A DNA stretch of 52,230 bases, filler included, from Sphacelaria rigidula (taxonomy: Eukaryota): assembly GCA_964200075.2 (NCBI GenBank). It is 4 parts of 4 records of this genome, joined end to end, with 100 filler letters (N's around TTAATTAATTAA, not from the genome) between each part and the next. Parts side by side here need not be neighbours in the genome. Positions count along the whole stretch, not along the records: positions 1 to 12,983 come from CAXNAA020003248.1; positions 13,084 to 26,066 come from CAXNAA020003249.1; 2 more parts are not named here. One strand, given 5' to 3'. How positions within the stretch are numbered: position 1 is the stretch's first letter; each line of letters begins with the position of its first letter. Shown here one piece after another: positions 1 through 13,538 of this stretch. Below the pieces are notes generated by a model. It was not told the DNA's origin. It was given only the letters and a program-made list of their open reading frames with translations, and did no database searches. Both the position numbers and the translations under genes were made by a program.

Positions 1-767
1 TCTGTTGATGCTTGCGGCGCGAGCCGGGGGAGTGGTGTGCGGGTGAGGTGGAGCGGGGTAGTTAATCAAGATCTTGCAGGTCATATCTATTCGGCCATTG
101 ATCTTGTATCCCTACAAAGCCGGGGCACGCGGTTTGAACCTCTGCGACCTACTGCTTGGTATTCATGTACGGCACATTCCTGCTTAAGAATATTATTCTG
201 GCAGGTGCATCGTTCAAGCTGTGTGCTCCTACAGGCAGCGCGCACGCCGTTTTTGCAGCGATGGTAGTTGGAGCATTGCTTCACTTTTACTGCTACAAGG
301 AAAACATGCAAATGAAGTTTTTTCTCCACCCAGGCTGTCAAATACGTTCCACTGGATTCATAGCCTAGTGCAGTATCAAAGGTTGTCGGGCATACAGCGC
401 CAGTTCGCCTCAGAACCGTCAATTTGGGCCCAAGCTTCGTGTCATGAATATGGAGGTACTGAACTCTAGAGTTTCCATATATTGTGTGTAGGATTTACTA
501 TTATGCACAACCTCTAACCGAGCCGCATCCCCCGTGTCAAAGTTCTTTTTAACGCGGAAGTCGTATTCCTTAGCCGGCCGTTTCCTACTGACGGGCCGGA
601 TCTGCATCTACTTTCCCTCACGCTAGCTAGCAACCGAGAGCGATATACAGCTGTGCACTGAGACTGATGAGAGGCTTGATCCAATAGTTGCCAGCACGCA
701 CCAGAGATGAATCTAGGTTTTTCGACAGTAATGTTTTATTTTTTCATCAACATGCTCGGCACTCGTA

Positions 768-1095
768 CAGGCTGGTTCACGCTGATCACCCCAAAATATA
801 TTCATCGGCAAAATATCACGCCGCTTCGTGGAGTTAAACTCCAAGAATTTCACATATGTACTGTGGGTCATCGGGAAATCTTCGATGGACGAGGTGTGTT
901 TGGTTTTTTATTTCCCCCCGGTTGTCAGGGTTTTCAGGGTTGTCGTGGGTCTTGTACCCCCCTGAGACCCCCAAAAGTCGGCGAGCAAACGAAAAATAAA
1001 GAGCCTCGACCATCGAAAGTTTTAGTAACCTATGGTTCATAGTATGTTTGTATAAAACTTGTCAGGGTCTAACTCCATACAACGGCGCGAAGATT
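768..1095. mobile_element. Partial palindromic MITE, TA-CAGGCTGGTTCA family (Tc1/mariner-type end)
   Basis: TA|CAGGCTGGTTCA at 766-779; body similar to 42130-42469, which ends TGAACCAGCCTG|TA; right end missing here. Confidence 0.6.
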
Positions 1096-1299
1096 TGCGC
1101 CTCTTCCCGATTACATTTGTCGTGCCCGGTGCAAACTTCTAACTACCTGATTGGTATGGAAACGCCGGTGTCGGGTATGTTCAAGGTTAAAACGAGAAAT
1201 ATTGCATCAGGTTTTCTCGACACGAAACAAAAACTTTGTGCAAACGTTGCTCGGACCTCCTCGGAATCCATGACAGTATTTTGTTTGTGATCTTCGCGC

Positions 1300-2300
1300 C
1301 GAGACCCCCGGAAGCCGATAAAGGGCGGAAAACGTTCGAACTATTCTTCAACCACATATGTTTGCATTGGGAGCAGTAGAACCCATCGAACTGTAAAATT
1401 TGAGGGCTGTCGGAGACTTTTTACGACATATATGGGGGACATTGTCACATGGCTTTCTGGGTCCTTCGGGCCTATCATCAGTGAAAATCCGACGACACCG
1501 AAACGCCGCATTATCCCAATACCGTGGTATTGGGTACAATTCGGTCCCATCATGGGCGTTTTCAAATCTTTTTTCTTCCCGCCAGATTCCCGAGGTGATG
1601 ACGGTTATTGCTATTTGAAGCATGCGGAAGATTCGGTAGTAGAGCTCTAGTTGGTTATGGAATCCGTACTTTCAACTCCAGAACAATTTGAAGGCCCGCT
1701 GATTGGTCGAGGTACCTGTTCGCCCATAGCGCCACCCCTATGGTCTTGAAAACGCCAGACTATTTGACCGTCCTCTGTTGTCCATGGCATTGCATTTACT
1801 GATGACACTATTTGAGGTGATGGGCGCGAACTGCTGTCACCTGTGTAGCAAATGGTTTTGCCACTAACCACCATCACAAGAAGTGTTCCTGTGGCCCATA
1901 CAGAGGATTCAAGCAGAGAGTTGGTTAAGCTTTCGTCCAGGTATACCAATTTTCAACGGCTACACCGCAATTGCGGAACCTTGGTGAGCATCAGTAGTTG
2001 TGAATGAATTAATTCTCGAAAGCGCTAACCCGCATATATATCTTGAAGTTTTCGACACCCCGGACAATATGTGCTCAATAGTCTCATTAGAAACAATGCA
2101 CTGCGCGAAGTATGGGCATATTGCCACTATTGTCGGACCGAAGACAGACGCAACAAGGCTATATTTTACGCAGAACAATTTGATGTATATTGCAACCATG
2201 AACCGCAAAATGCTCGGGGTGTGAATTCCGCTGGACGGCCCAAATTGCACTCAACTAATAAATACACCCAGCATCTTCACCTACTAGCGTAAAATCTTCC
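1300..2300 (-). pseudogene. Degenerate Tc1/mariner (IS630-like) DDE transposase
   Basis: LVYLDES (~1930-1950) and WDNAAF (~1505-1520) resemble the first two catalytic-Asp motifs (VYxDES, MDNAxYH); split by stops and frameshifts; third acidic motif not found. Confidence 0.55.
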
Positions 2301-3662
2301 GCAGCTCCCGAACAACTGCCTTGTGATAGGCGTCATCCACGCGCATGCACTTTTTCCTTGCTGCCACGGAGCGGTTTGCGCGGGCATATATAATGGGCCT
2401 AGTATCCTCGATTTTGCTCAAACTGCGAACCCTTCTCGGCCACGTGTCGCTACGGCGGGTTCAACAAAGTGAATGGGATTCGAGAGCGAAAGCCTTCCTG
2501 GGGCAGAAAAAAACAGAGTTGACAACAACAACAACAACAACAAAAGGTGAAAGTCATGCGGTCTGTCACCGTCTGAGACCGGACAAGCAGAACTGCCGGG
2601 AATCCCGCAGGCGTTCGGTTCTTCAATGTGGTTGGCTCACCCTTGTGTAACTGTTGGTTGCCTGTGTCAAGACATTGTTTTTCCCTCTGAAGGAGTTCGT
2701 GGGTATTAATACCCCATTCTCCATGAACACGTTTGTAACACGTCAGAAATGCTTGTTAATCTGGACCGAAAAATCGAGTCGAAAACTCCGTCGGTAAAGC
2801 TAAAGCAACTGCCATCTCCCCTTCGACCGATTCGAACTCCTCTGATACTGCTAGGTGTCCTTCGGCGTATTGGCCTTTGCGCCAGAAAACCATTCCATCG
2901 CGTTTCGTGTGGCCACAGCCGCTTCGGGGGCCTGTGTATTCAAGCTGGGCTTAGGCCGGGTTCTAGGTTCGCCCGGAGAGATATTCAAGATCCTCGACGA
3001 TCCTCTGGGTGATACGTGCAGTTCCTCAAGGTATTGATTTTCCGCGTGTTGGCGGCGGATAATTATCGGGCGCTTTATGGCGTCACTTCGTGCGGTTCCG
3101 AGTGAGCGCCATGGTCCAAACTAGGGGGTATTGAACCAAAGGGCTCTTTGCCCTACCTTGCTTTTTTAGCCCTCGCTATTGCTAGATCAGAGTAATATTC
3201 GCAGCAGGCGTCCTCAGGGAGTGCTGTCGTGAAGATGTCTTGGATACAACGTCAACACAAACCAAACAACGTCGACACAAAACCACGCCCACCGACATGT
3301 GCAATTTTGATCGCCGCTTACGCTACACAGGGTGTTCTTTATTAACCATTTCATCCTTTCTACGACCCCATGACGCGAAAACGTACCACTTGAGTAAAAA
3401 TACGGCATGAAAGATTATGAGTACTACCCCTCCTCCCCATCTTCCCCCTCTCGAACATCTGCGACGTCTTGTGCTTCATGAATGCTTCTCCACCCGACAT
3501 TGTTCATCCCGCGAAACAAAACACAGGACCTGTCGCCATCTGACGTGGGTATCAGTGATCACATTCGTCTGTGGCCTCCTGTGGCAGTTTCTCTTGGGGC
3601 CGTCGCTCTCGCCGACAGTATTCAATGCTCCGAACTTCCCGAGACGAGAAGGATCAGCATCG

Positions 3663-4014
3663 ATGGATAAGTCGGGCGACAAGCCCGCATCGAGGAAACA
3701 AGCCACCAACGAACAGTACCCCCTCTCCACCAAACCACGATCGGCAACGATGGCTGTCAGGCGACACTACAAACAGTCCGCAGGGGCTGGCGGTGGCGGT
3801 ACAGTGGGGGAAGACTTTACCAATAGCGCTCGCGAGGGTAATGCTGCTGGGAGTAAAGGCACCTTTGCACACCTTCCTACACGTGACAACGGGAATAACA
3901 GTGAGCCAACCGATGAAAATGAGCCCGGCACTATGCAGGAGGAGCTGCGGGTGGCTGAGAATTATGATGAATCTAGATCGCATAACGGTCCACGTAGTCC
4001 ACGTAGTCCACGCA

Positions 4015-4048
<34 letters not shown>

Positions 4049-4084
4049 CCGGTGGAAGTCTGCCCTTCTTTCTGGAGCCAAGTC
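3663..4084 (+). CDS. Exon A of a multi-exon gene, uncharacterised low-complexity protein
   Basis: ATG at 3663 in ORF 3417-4088 (true start uncertain); donor TC|GTAAGT at 4085 (phase 2); poly-Ala from (GCT)n. Confidence 0.65.
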
Positions 4085-4501
4085 GTAAGTTCAGCAGTAG
4101 TGAGAAAACGCGAATAGGTCGGCACTACGACTGCAGAGAAGTTGCGAGGTTATATTTTGGTTGGTTCGTTGATGGCGAAGCCTTGAAAGATACTCGTGGC
4201 TGCTACTTGTTTCAGTGAAGAAAATGATTAAGGACGACAAAATACTAGACCTTACGCGAAACTCTAACAGATGAGCGGAAGAGATCATATATTACCTGGT
4301 CAGAGTGAATGCGCCCTGCCCGACGTCCTGCGGAGGTGATTCCGTTTCGAAAAGAAGTGACGGCAGCTACTTCCCAATTGTCAGGAGCAGCTTTACAGAG
4401 CACAAAAAGTGGGGATAGATAACTCGAGACAACGAAATGTTTCTCTGACAAAAACACATCGCACCCATCCTTCCCTGTCTATACACGGTTCATGTACGCA
4501 G

Positions 4502-4719
4502 CATTTTCCGTGGCCGCCGCACGGAAAGGCAACCGCCCCTGTCCCATCAAGGCAATAGCACCGCCAAAGCAAGTGCCGCTAGCCTTCTGGACAGTCCAAC
4601 GCCAGTGCCCGTGCCGACGGCCTACACCATCGTTTCCAACGGCAGAGAAGACACGATAGAGCTCGTGGTTCACAGTCCGACAAACAAAACGCTTCAGCAG
4701 CGCCGACGTCCTAGGCTAG
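4502..4719 (+). CDS. Exon B of the same gene (not in ORF track)
   Basis: Acceptor tacgcAG|, donor G|GTAAAT; 218 bp open (IFRGRRTERQPP...RRRPRL); phase 2 in and phase 1 out bridge exons A and C exactly. Confidence 0.7.
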
Positions 4720-5371
4720 GTAAATCACTGGACAGCCAGTCAGAGTCTAAAACGATAGGTGAGGCCCCTCTGTAGTCGACGGTACGACTCTATTCCCTGA
4801 TAGTTTTATTGCGTCCACTTTTTCTTCTTCCTGTGAGCATATACTCGGAAACGAGGAGAGAAAACCGTACTCCCCCCGACCTTGCCAGTGATGTTCACCG
4901 CCACATTTCCCATTTTTCTTAACTGTCATCAAGTACCCCTGTTTGGAATACCGGGAATAATTCTTCAACTCAGCCTCAGTCTGTCGCGGCCCATGGCAAT
5001 AATAAAGAGACATGGGCGACTTGGGGGACTTCCGGGAGTGTGGCAAGATGTAATGATATCGTTCGCAAGAGGCCTTAGTCGCTCAACGGCAGAGGCGGGT
5101 GGAGGTGCGACTGGAAAATTTGAATTCTCCCCGCGTATTTTATTAACGTTTCGTACCCCCCTTCCCTCCTCTCCCTTGCCCCCCCCGCCGAAGGGTACCA
5201 TTGATTCCATTCATTTTCTCATAATTTTGAGGCACTCTAGGTTGTTTACGCAATGCCGGGGATGGCAGGGCGTCAACACCCCAGGATAGGCAGTTGCCAA
5301 AACATCGCCGTCAACTATGTGTCAAGCGATGTTTGCCTCCTCTCCCTTGTATCTTGGAACGATCGACTCAG

Positions 5372-7157
5372 GCGCAGCTGTCGATACGACGAGGCAGGGG
5401 TCAGGTCTGATGGAAAACAGCGATAACAAGCGGGGACATTCTCTGTCGACCGTGACAAGTGGGGGGCGAGATGAAAGTCCGCGTCACCGGGTATTGCCAC
5501 AGTCTGCGCCACCCGACACCTCGAACGACACAGGTGGCAAATTAGGTTCGACTGAAGATGGAACTGATGACAGCCCAAGGGAGTATTCTTCAAGCCTTCG
5601 GTACCCGTGGCTTTCCCTGCCCGATTTCTTCAACTCTGCACGAGTGGAAGGGGAAAAGGTGAAACAGCAGCCAGCCGCAGGTCGACTAGCCCAAGCGTTC
5701 TCCCAGAGATGGGCCGGGTGGGCAACACACCCCGCCAGCGCCTCAAGCACAATTACAGCTCCAACTCCATCTGCAACGGCAACTGCAAGCACAACGCACG
5801 ACGACTGTGATGTAGAAGAAGGACAGGAATGTGAGGACAAGGACTCGCGTGAGCATTCGGGCGCGGACGGCGGTGTCACCTTCCGTGGAGCACGTCATTT
5901 TGACCGCGAAGCTCTCATTCTAGACCCGAGCGAAAACCAACCATTACACCACTGGGGGAACCGCACACCAGCACCGACGGCAGCCTCACCTCCAGTCTCT
6001 CTCACGAGCGGTGGCGATATGTTCTCGCGTCCTTCCGAGCCCTCTTCCTCGAGCGTTGCCGCCGGCGACGAAGCAGCAGACATGTCGCACGTACAAGTAG
6101 CACCGCCCTCACACTTGCCGTCATCACCAGGTAATTTCGCCGCCGCGAATGCTAGGCTCAAAGCATTGCTCTCTGCTCAAGCAGACGACGTCGATCTTGA
6201 TGATGGGGACAGTACCAATGTCGTGGACAACATAGATCTCGGCGAGGACTTTGCTGCGGAAGTGCTGCGAGGAGGATATTCGGAATCGCTGGTTGGCCCT
6301 CAAACATTACCGTCGACCATGCGGGCCCCTCTCTCCGACGCAGCAGCTGGTGGTGTTGACGATGGCGGAAATCGTGATAGTTCTGGTTTTACTGGCTGGT
6401 ATGCTGGTGATGGTCCTATAAAGGGGTCGTTCGCCGTCGATGAAAGTGCACGCAACGACGCAAGCCAACGTGGTGTAGCACACGATGGGCCTGCCGCCCA
6501 CGATGCAAATTCGGAACGTGCGAGCCACCAAGACGAGCGGGAGAGGAAAAGTATTGGATCGCTGTTGGGTTCAGTGCTGACGGGGCGAAACAGACAACCT
6601 GCACTGGAGAGAAGCAACGATGGCGGTAGCAGCAGTAGACGCAGCAGGAGCCGATCATCGCCTCAATCTAAACCTGGGCAGTCCATCTCACCGCGCCAGT
6701 TCGTCTCACTATCGGGAGGAGGCGGCGGTGGAGCTTTGAGCGAGAGAAGCGGAGGATCGTTGTCTAGACGGACAGCGAAGTTATTTTCTCGTTCCACTTC
6801 ACCGGCGGCTTCATCTCGCTATGCTAACGAAACGAAGCCCACGCAAAAGCAACGGCAAACCCTGGCATTATTGTCTGGTGGAGAAGGAGGTCGACCTGAT
6901 ATTAAACGTCATGGGTACGAGCATGGAGGTGACACCGCCATGAACAATGCAGCTGGAACGGTACCTGCTGTTGCTGCGGCAGCAGCTACCACGGTGACAG
7001 CACACGTCGGGTATACCACTAGAAATCGCATGCCTTCTGGTTCGCCGAAATCTGGGACGGAATTAGACGGCAACGCTGCGAGAAAAGTCTCGCCATGCTT
7101 CTTCCACGGAGATTCACAGCGCTCCGATAGGGGGCTCTCTCTTAAAGAGATCGTTCT
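5372..7157 (+). CDS. Exon C (large, Ser/Gly/Ala-rich, probably disordered)
   Basis: Within 614-aa ORF 5317-7161; acceptor gactcAG| (phase 1); donor CT|GTGAGG at 7158 (phase 2). Confidence 0.8.
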
Positions 7158-7481
7158 GTGAGGAAGTTTAGTACTCAAGTTTCGATTGGAGGGGCTGTCG
7201 GCTGTCGGGTGCAGGAGCGCGAATGGCTACGATATTGGAGGGACGTATCCTGTATATTGCATCTCCGCGCTTGTGGAAAGACCATGCTGAATATCGTCAT
7301 GCATGGGAGTAGCGGTACGTCCTTCCGGTGTGTATTTTGCGTTCGTACTAAGCGTTGGGAATATTTGTGTATATCACGTGTTTCATGGTGGTGGGTGTTC
7401 TCTCACGGCCCCGTATACGGAAGTGCCGTTTGGTGTCGGTCTACATACGGGGAGAAACGTGTACTATTCGGTGACCTACAG

Positions 7482-7674
7482 AGAAAGACGAATCGCTGCG
7501 ATCGAGGCAGTCGACGCATTCGTGGATAATTCTGGTGATACACGACGAGCGGGGGTAGAAGGACAATGGATGCGTCGCAGTACAGAAGCACTGAGGAGCG
7601 GAGGGTTTGGATCGCGACCCAGCTCTCTTCCTAGCCTCCATTTCGTCATGCTCCAACTTGTACAGTACCAGGAG
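7482..7674 (+). CDS. Exon D of the same gene; further exons expected downstream
   Basis: Acceptor cctacAG|, phase 2 matches exon C; reads ERRIAAIEAVDAFVD...LQLVQYQE; donor GAG|GTGTGG. Confidence 0.65.
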
Positions 7675-10600
7675 GTGTGGTGAGAAAATTGTGTTTTACA
7701 GCGGGTCCTCGACAGTGCTGTTCATTTTTTAGGCTGTATGATAGTGTAAGGTATAGCATGTACTTCGGTTTGATCCCTGTATGACTTTGAATCCCACTCG
7801 ATGGTAAATGTGCGTTTCATCCTAAAATATCGATGCACGCAAACATACAGACGTACATAGATTACATGAAACGCGTAAACAGGGCAAGCTCATATGCTCT
7901 GCAGTAGTGTGTTGATGTTCTAGATGATGAAGAATAGTGTCAATTCTTCGCTTCTGTGATGGCGTATGTAGCAGCGCTACCGTATTTCGCATTTTCGGGT
8001 GTGTCGATATTGATCGATGTCGAGGGAGTAATAATCGTCCGATTGGACAGTGAATAAATTATCCCATTTTCTGAGACTAAGAGAAAACGTCAAACGGTGG
8101 ATACATGGGGAAAGAAGCAGTTGAAGAGCACAACAACCATCATGAGTCACACTGATCCATCGTCCACGCTTTATTGGGGGTGGACATCGAACCGAACAAT
8201 GATTAGACATGGAGAACAAGTTATAGGCCGAGCACGACTCGCGCAGCAGTCAAAGTAGACCACGTACTAAGAGTTGCGCGAAGACATGCACGAGATATAG
8301 CCGACACAACTTTGTAAAGTGGAAAACCTCACAGCCGACTCATCCTATGTTTGAAGTCAGCGTTAGTGTCAATTCGTGAGATTTGGGGGGAAGATCAATG
8401 AGCTGCTAGAATCAAAAATATAGTTTACGCGAGGCATCGGTGCATGAAGTACATTTTAGACACGCTCGAGTACGGTACCCCTACAAGTACATGGTGTTAG
8501 TGTGGAAACCAGTAGACAAAATATAAGTCCAAGCATGATATTTTCAAGAAGTCTCATGTGTGTTGTGGTGTACCCGGGAGTCAACGTTTTGCGTTCCTGG
8601 GTGACTGACACCAAAGCATCTACATGAAAAGGGGGGACTACAGCATAACCGTTGCCATTGCCCAGAGCGGCATAATGAGATGCATGCTTCTCTGAATTAA
8701 TAACGATACGTCGCGGCAGCAGCTCATCGGACAGCAGATGAAGCATGACGCGTTCGTGGTGCATCTGGTACGTTGGATGCAGTGTCTCCTTTTAAAGATA
8801 TTTGAGGTACAGCGACAGACACTTTTAGTAAGGGCGGGACGTGATACGCATCGTACTGCAGTGCACCTTGACGCTAGTAGTATTGTGACTCGAGGGTAAC
8901 AACACGCGTTCTGTAGTCCGGTGAGGTTGGACTCATTCTGAATAGCGGAGATAATTTTCCCCCGTGAGACCAGCGATACAACACGCGCACTATGTTGGTA
9001 GTCATAGTGCGCGACAAACCACGTTTTCGCATGGCCTCGCCATTCGGGGCTTCCGATAATATTACGACGAGTATTGCGTGCCCGAGGGAATGCTATGCAT
9101 GAAAATGAAGGCTCTCTTCCCTTTTCGCTGCCGGTCAATTCCGGCACTTCCGCGGGATGGGCTCGTACGTACGTCCAGGGCAGTTCATCAGCGCCGTCCA
9201 AATATGCGACGAACTTACAACATACGCACAAAGCGCTCTTAAGCAATAGCTATTATGAGGCCACATTTTTTCGCCGTGGGTCGAAAAGGTTTCTTGACCC
9301 GATCATCCCCAAGATTTATTGTCTGAAATCGTTGCCTGTGCTTTGACTAACGCCGAGTTTACAGCGGATGTCTTCGTGGGGTTACCACTACTGTATAGTA
9401 CTGACGGCGCAGTCAGTACTGCAGTACGGGCTGTGCCAGCGTACACGCCGACCTATACGGAAATGTGGACTTAGCGGTTTTGAGGATTGTGCTTTGAAAC
9501 TCGGTATGAAACATCGCACGGGGATTAAGAAAACAACGCCAAGCCAGGCCACCCTAAGAACGGATTGAATACTGAGAACATAGAGTGGTCCCTGAAAAAA
9601 GGCTCGTCAACTCGTTGATGTAAAACGTGCCCTGGGCCGTGCATAAGGAGAGGCATAGCACGGCTGTACTTCTCAAATGCTGGCCTCACAATGCATGCAT
9701 ACATAGCCCGAAATGATATAAGGAGATGGGAGAAATCAAATGCATAATACAACATAGACAAACACGCCTTCATCCACAATCAAGGCTCACTTGTAGGGAC
9801 TTGGCTAGTCCGCAGGAGCAAGAGGCATTATCTTGTCCTAAATGCAGCTGTCATTATCTACCAGGTCAATTCGCTAAGCCTCCGAAGAAGAAAGTCACGG
9901 AGCCAAGTGAGGGCGAGGGGGGCTGCCCTATCATGCGACAAGACCAGTCCTACTACATTCGTCGGTCACCTTATTACCGACGGAAACCAACACGAAAGCG
10001 AGATCACACAACAGGAACGAAAACATCCTCCACTGCAGCCCCAACCAGTAACTTGCCGAACCGAAAACACGCCATTTGCACGTAAAGATTCAGTGAAGTC
10101 ATCTGAAAGTGAGATTCGGTGCCACGCTAGCCAGTTAGTTGCCTGGGCTTCTCCAACCTGCCCAACATAGAACAGAGCTTTGTGGAACAACGTCGGAGTC
10201 AACCGTGAGCCACATCCAGGCGTTGTCCAACAGTCCTATTGACCTGCACAGATCGGAATCTTCATGTCCAAATCAATCAAGCCTGTATCGTACACGAAAC
10301 CATATAAGATCTTAGCATGTGCGAAGAAACGCCAACGGCAGCTCTCGTTGGGGTATTTGCCGCTCCCCAAGAGCACCTCGGAGTACCATAACATGAAGCT
10401 GTCCCAGCCATATCTCGTCGACGAAGACGAACTGAATCATGATTCTCACATCTTGTTAATCACCCTGTCGGGGGGAAGGTGGCCTCCATCTACTCAACAA
10501 CCCGGTCAAGTGCGTTCTCCTTTCAAAAACGTTATGTCGAGCAAATCCCGTCACGCACGGAAGGATATCCCGGTACTAAAGTCTGCACGAAACCCCATCA

Positions 10601-10997
10601 CAAAACCATCAAGGAATCATCACAAAATCATCAGCTGATGGAGCTGATATTTGGTTACAGCATTTCTTGAGGCGCGGAGAGAGGGTCAGTACCTCACCTT
10701 CGTTTAGTTCGTGATATATGGACAGATATGGCGCGCATAAGATCCGGCACCATATTTAAGAGAGTACGTGGAGAGACGCTAAATCTGGATTTCGCGTCTC
10801 ATCTTCAAGAGTTGTGCTTCGACATTTGGTATGAATTATGTCAAGGGCAAAACAAAACAATGCATGCTGCACCCTTCTATGTTCGTTTTTTCTTCATGAG
10901 TGACGGGTGTTTGTGTGAAACATGTATCATACTTTTTCTCCTTAACCAGTGGTTGTCGACAAAAATCATTCTGGACCCTCCTACCGTTTTTCACTTT

Positions 10998-11082
10998 CGG
11001 CCCCCGGAGGAGGGGGGCGTACTCATTTGTTGCTTGCCTTAGTCATTTGACCATTGACCACGCATCCCTTTCGAGACGGAGC
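10998..11082 (+). repeat. Copy of dispersed GGGGCGTACTCAT...CCATTGACC...GACGGAGC family
   Basis: Near-identical to 30055-30141; related copies at ~60-130, 26167-26240 (-) and 52140-52200 (-). Confidence 0.8.
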
Positions 11083-11089
11083 GTCATTA

Positions 11090-12020
11090 CTACTCCTAAG
11101 AGAGACACCTCCAACACTTGGGCGCCCGTTACGTTTTCTCCGTACATTACACAAAACATTTCACATATGTTTCCCTATCTCGCCGCCTGTGTCCACCATC
11201 TACCTCCTGGTATATCGATTGTTTTCTCGCTCCCATCTAAAGGACCAAGCGGAACCATGCCACCTTTGTTTAGTTCCCACATTTCCCCCTCTACAGTAGC
11301 ACGTCCCGCACCTCTTTGTATAGTTCACATTCTGACACTGTATGAGTTCTGCTCTATTGGTTTGGCACAGGAACAATCCTGTGCATCCACTTCCTTCTCC
11401 ACCCCACTACTCGTACATCTCTTCATCCTTCTGGCAGGTCCAGGTCTCCCACCCGAAATCGCAGTGTCAACTTTCTTCGCGTAGTCTATTGGGCGGCGCA
11501 TTTATGTTCTCGTCGCTATCTTTTCCTTCAACCCCCCGAATATCTTCAGGTACTTTGCCTCGTCTACTCTCTGTCTGAGCGCTTGTTTTCCTTTCATTTA
11601 TATTTTGCCTCTTACTCTTGTCTTGTCTTCGTTTCCTCCTATGTCCTTAAATACTTTCTCGACTACACTTTTCCACCTTGTTCCAGCTTGATATTCCGTT
11701 AGTTTCTTCAATACAGTCAGCCCTATCAACATTGACTACCAATCCGCTTCTTGGTATGCCCCTTATTATTTAGATAACGTGGGTGATAAAGTGCATCCTT
11801 GTGTAACTCCATGTAAAATGTCGAAATATTTCGATTTTTCCCCATCTAGTGACATGGCACTTCTCGCACATTCCATCATACTTCCCCCCATTCTCCACGT
11901 ATATCCTCTGATTCTAGTTTCCTACAACTCTTTCCACAGCCCATTCTACATACTGTGTCATACGTTTTTCGTACACCTAGAAAGAAACGGTACGTTGTTA
12001 GCCCCGCGTCCTGCCTACCT
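11090..12020 (-). mobile_element. Degenerate LINE reverse-transcriptase fragment
   Basis: Minus strand reads GVTQGCTLSPTL at ~11775-11812 (QGxxLSP motif of non-LTR RT); many stops. Confidence 0.7.
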
Positions 12021-12112
12021 TGAATAATCTTATCTAATGTGTAGAAATGGGAGGGGGATTGGTATACTTAATTCCACGTGAGGCTAGTTCCACGCTACTT
12101 TCTGTACGAAAC

Positions 12113-12360
12113 GGGTCACTGGATCTTAGACTGGGGAGGAAGTTACTTGAAGCGGGTATAGTTTAACCGCGTCACTTGACTTCAGACTAACCATGCAAGT
12201 TACTTGAACTAAGTAAAAGTAAACCACGTCACCTGATCTTAGACCAGCTGAGGTAAGTTACTTGAACTGAGAATGGGTGAACCAGCAAGGCTCTTGATAT
12301 TAGATTGACGAGGTAACTTACTTGAGCTGGGTATAGGTGAACCACGTCACTTGATGTTGG
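12113..12360. repeat. Diverged ~57-bp tandem repeat (~4.5 units)
   Basis: Recurring GTCACTTGATCTTAGAC...AAGTTACTTGAACT...AACCAC. Confidence 0.75.
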
Positions 12361-13083
12361 TGAAAGTGTCGAATTACTATTAAGTGTAAGTGTACTCTTT
12401 GGAGTCAGTCGAGGTAGGTGAAGTTCAGAGTTGGCACAAGATAACATAAATAACAGGTTTTTCTTTTTTCATGCTTGTCGTGCTATCGCTTGGTATTGGT
12501 GGCACTGACTTATGGGACCGATTCCATGAATCCACACAAATCTTCAGCCTTCGGGGTCCCATGTGCACTTATAATTGTCCAGATTAGCTACATCAGCTAC
12601 AACAAATGGCGCATACAACAACTATGATAGCAACCTTTTTTCGGTCTTGTTCCTGTTGCGTTCGTGCAGGCAAGCCGTTTTTTGCTGTGCTACACTATCG
12701 CAGATGTCGTAATGATGACGCACTGCATTGCATCACAATCGAACGACCACAGTGCGTTGCATCTTGTTGTCACGATGATATGCAGGCAATCCTGAGAAAT
12801 GGGAACAAGCTTCTTCTATGGGAACGAATTGTGTATTGTTAGGCTTAGTGCCCATGAGACGTGCCTTAAAGGCAGCCTTTCTTTGAGGGATACTATTATA
12901 GGTTCAATAGGATGTAACAGCCGATCCTATTTTTTGGGGTTGAAACATAAAATGAGGTTGAAGTCCCATTTCTCCATTCCAGGNNNNNNNNNNNNNNNNN
13001 NNNNNNNNNNNNNNNNNNNNNNNNNNNTTAATTAATTAANNNNNNNNNNNNNNNNNNNNNNNNNNNNNNNNNNNNNNNNNNNN

Positions 13084-13145
13084 ATACACCGAAAGATGTA
13101 GACTGGTGCCCAGAATAGATGGGACGACAACACAACACACACACA
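13084..13145 (+). mobile_element. 3' end of tRNA-derived SINE with (CA)n tail, cut by assembly gap
   Basis: Reverse complement of the 15146-15225 SINE end. Confidence 0.75.
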
Positions 13146-13473
13146 CAGGCGATTTTCTCGCGTTGATTGATTTTTCGGGCCCCAGTCCGTTGGGCAATGT
13201 TTTTCGGCTAGCTGTGAGCGAACCAGATCAATTCTCCGATTTTCTGGGCGTTGACTTTCGATACATGACTGTTCTACTGAAATAGGGACACTACCGCATT
13301 TTTGAAAAAATCGGGGGAGATGCGGGAGTGTCCCGATCTGGGCAGAAAGGTGGTCAGCCGAAAGTCAACTTCTAGAAAATCGGAGAGCTGATCTGGTTTG
13401 CTCCCAGCTAGCCGAAAAACATTGCCCAACGGACTGAGGTCCGAAAAATCAATTCACGCGAGAAAATCACCTG
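13146..13473. mobile_element. MITE with ~115-bp terminal inverted repeats (CAGG...CCTG|TA)
   Basis: CAGGCGATTTTCTCGCG...GTTGGGCAATGTTTTTCGGCTAGCTG mirrored by CAGCTAGCCGAAAAACATTGCCCAAC...CGCGAGAAAATCACCTG followed by TA. Confidence 0.85.
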
Positions 13474-13538
13474 TAGGCGGGTTGAATTTTCGTATTTGTA
13501 CGCATCGAGATTCGTTGCCATAAAAGTGGGTATGATGA

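Noticed and set aside
5484-7178. Minus-strand ORFs overlapping exon C
   Set aside because: Shadows of the + strand exon, which has consistent splice phases
12984-13083. TTAATTAATTAA palindrome embedded in N runs (also 26067-26166 and 39150-39249)
   Set aside because: Identical 100-base pads with stops in all frames: an artificial scaffolding linker. Adjacency across these gaps is uncertain.
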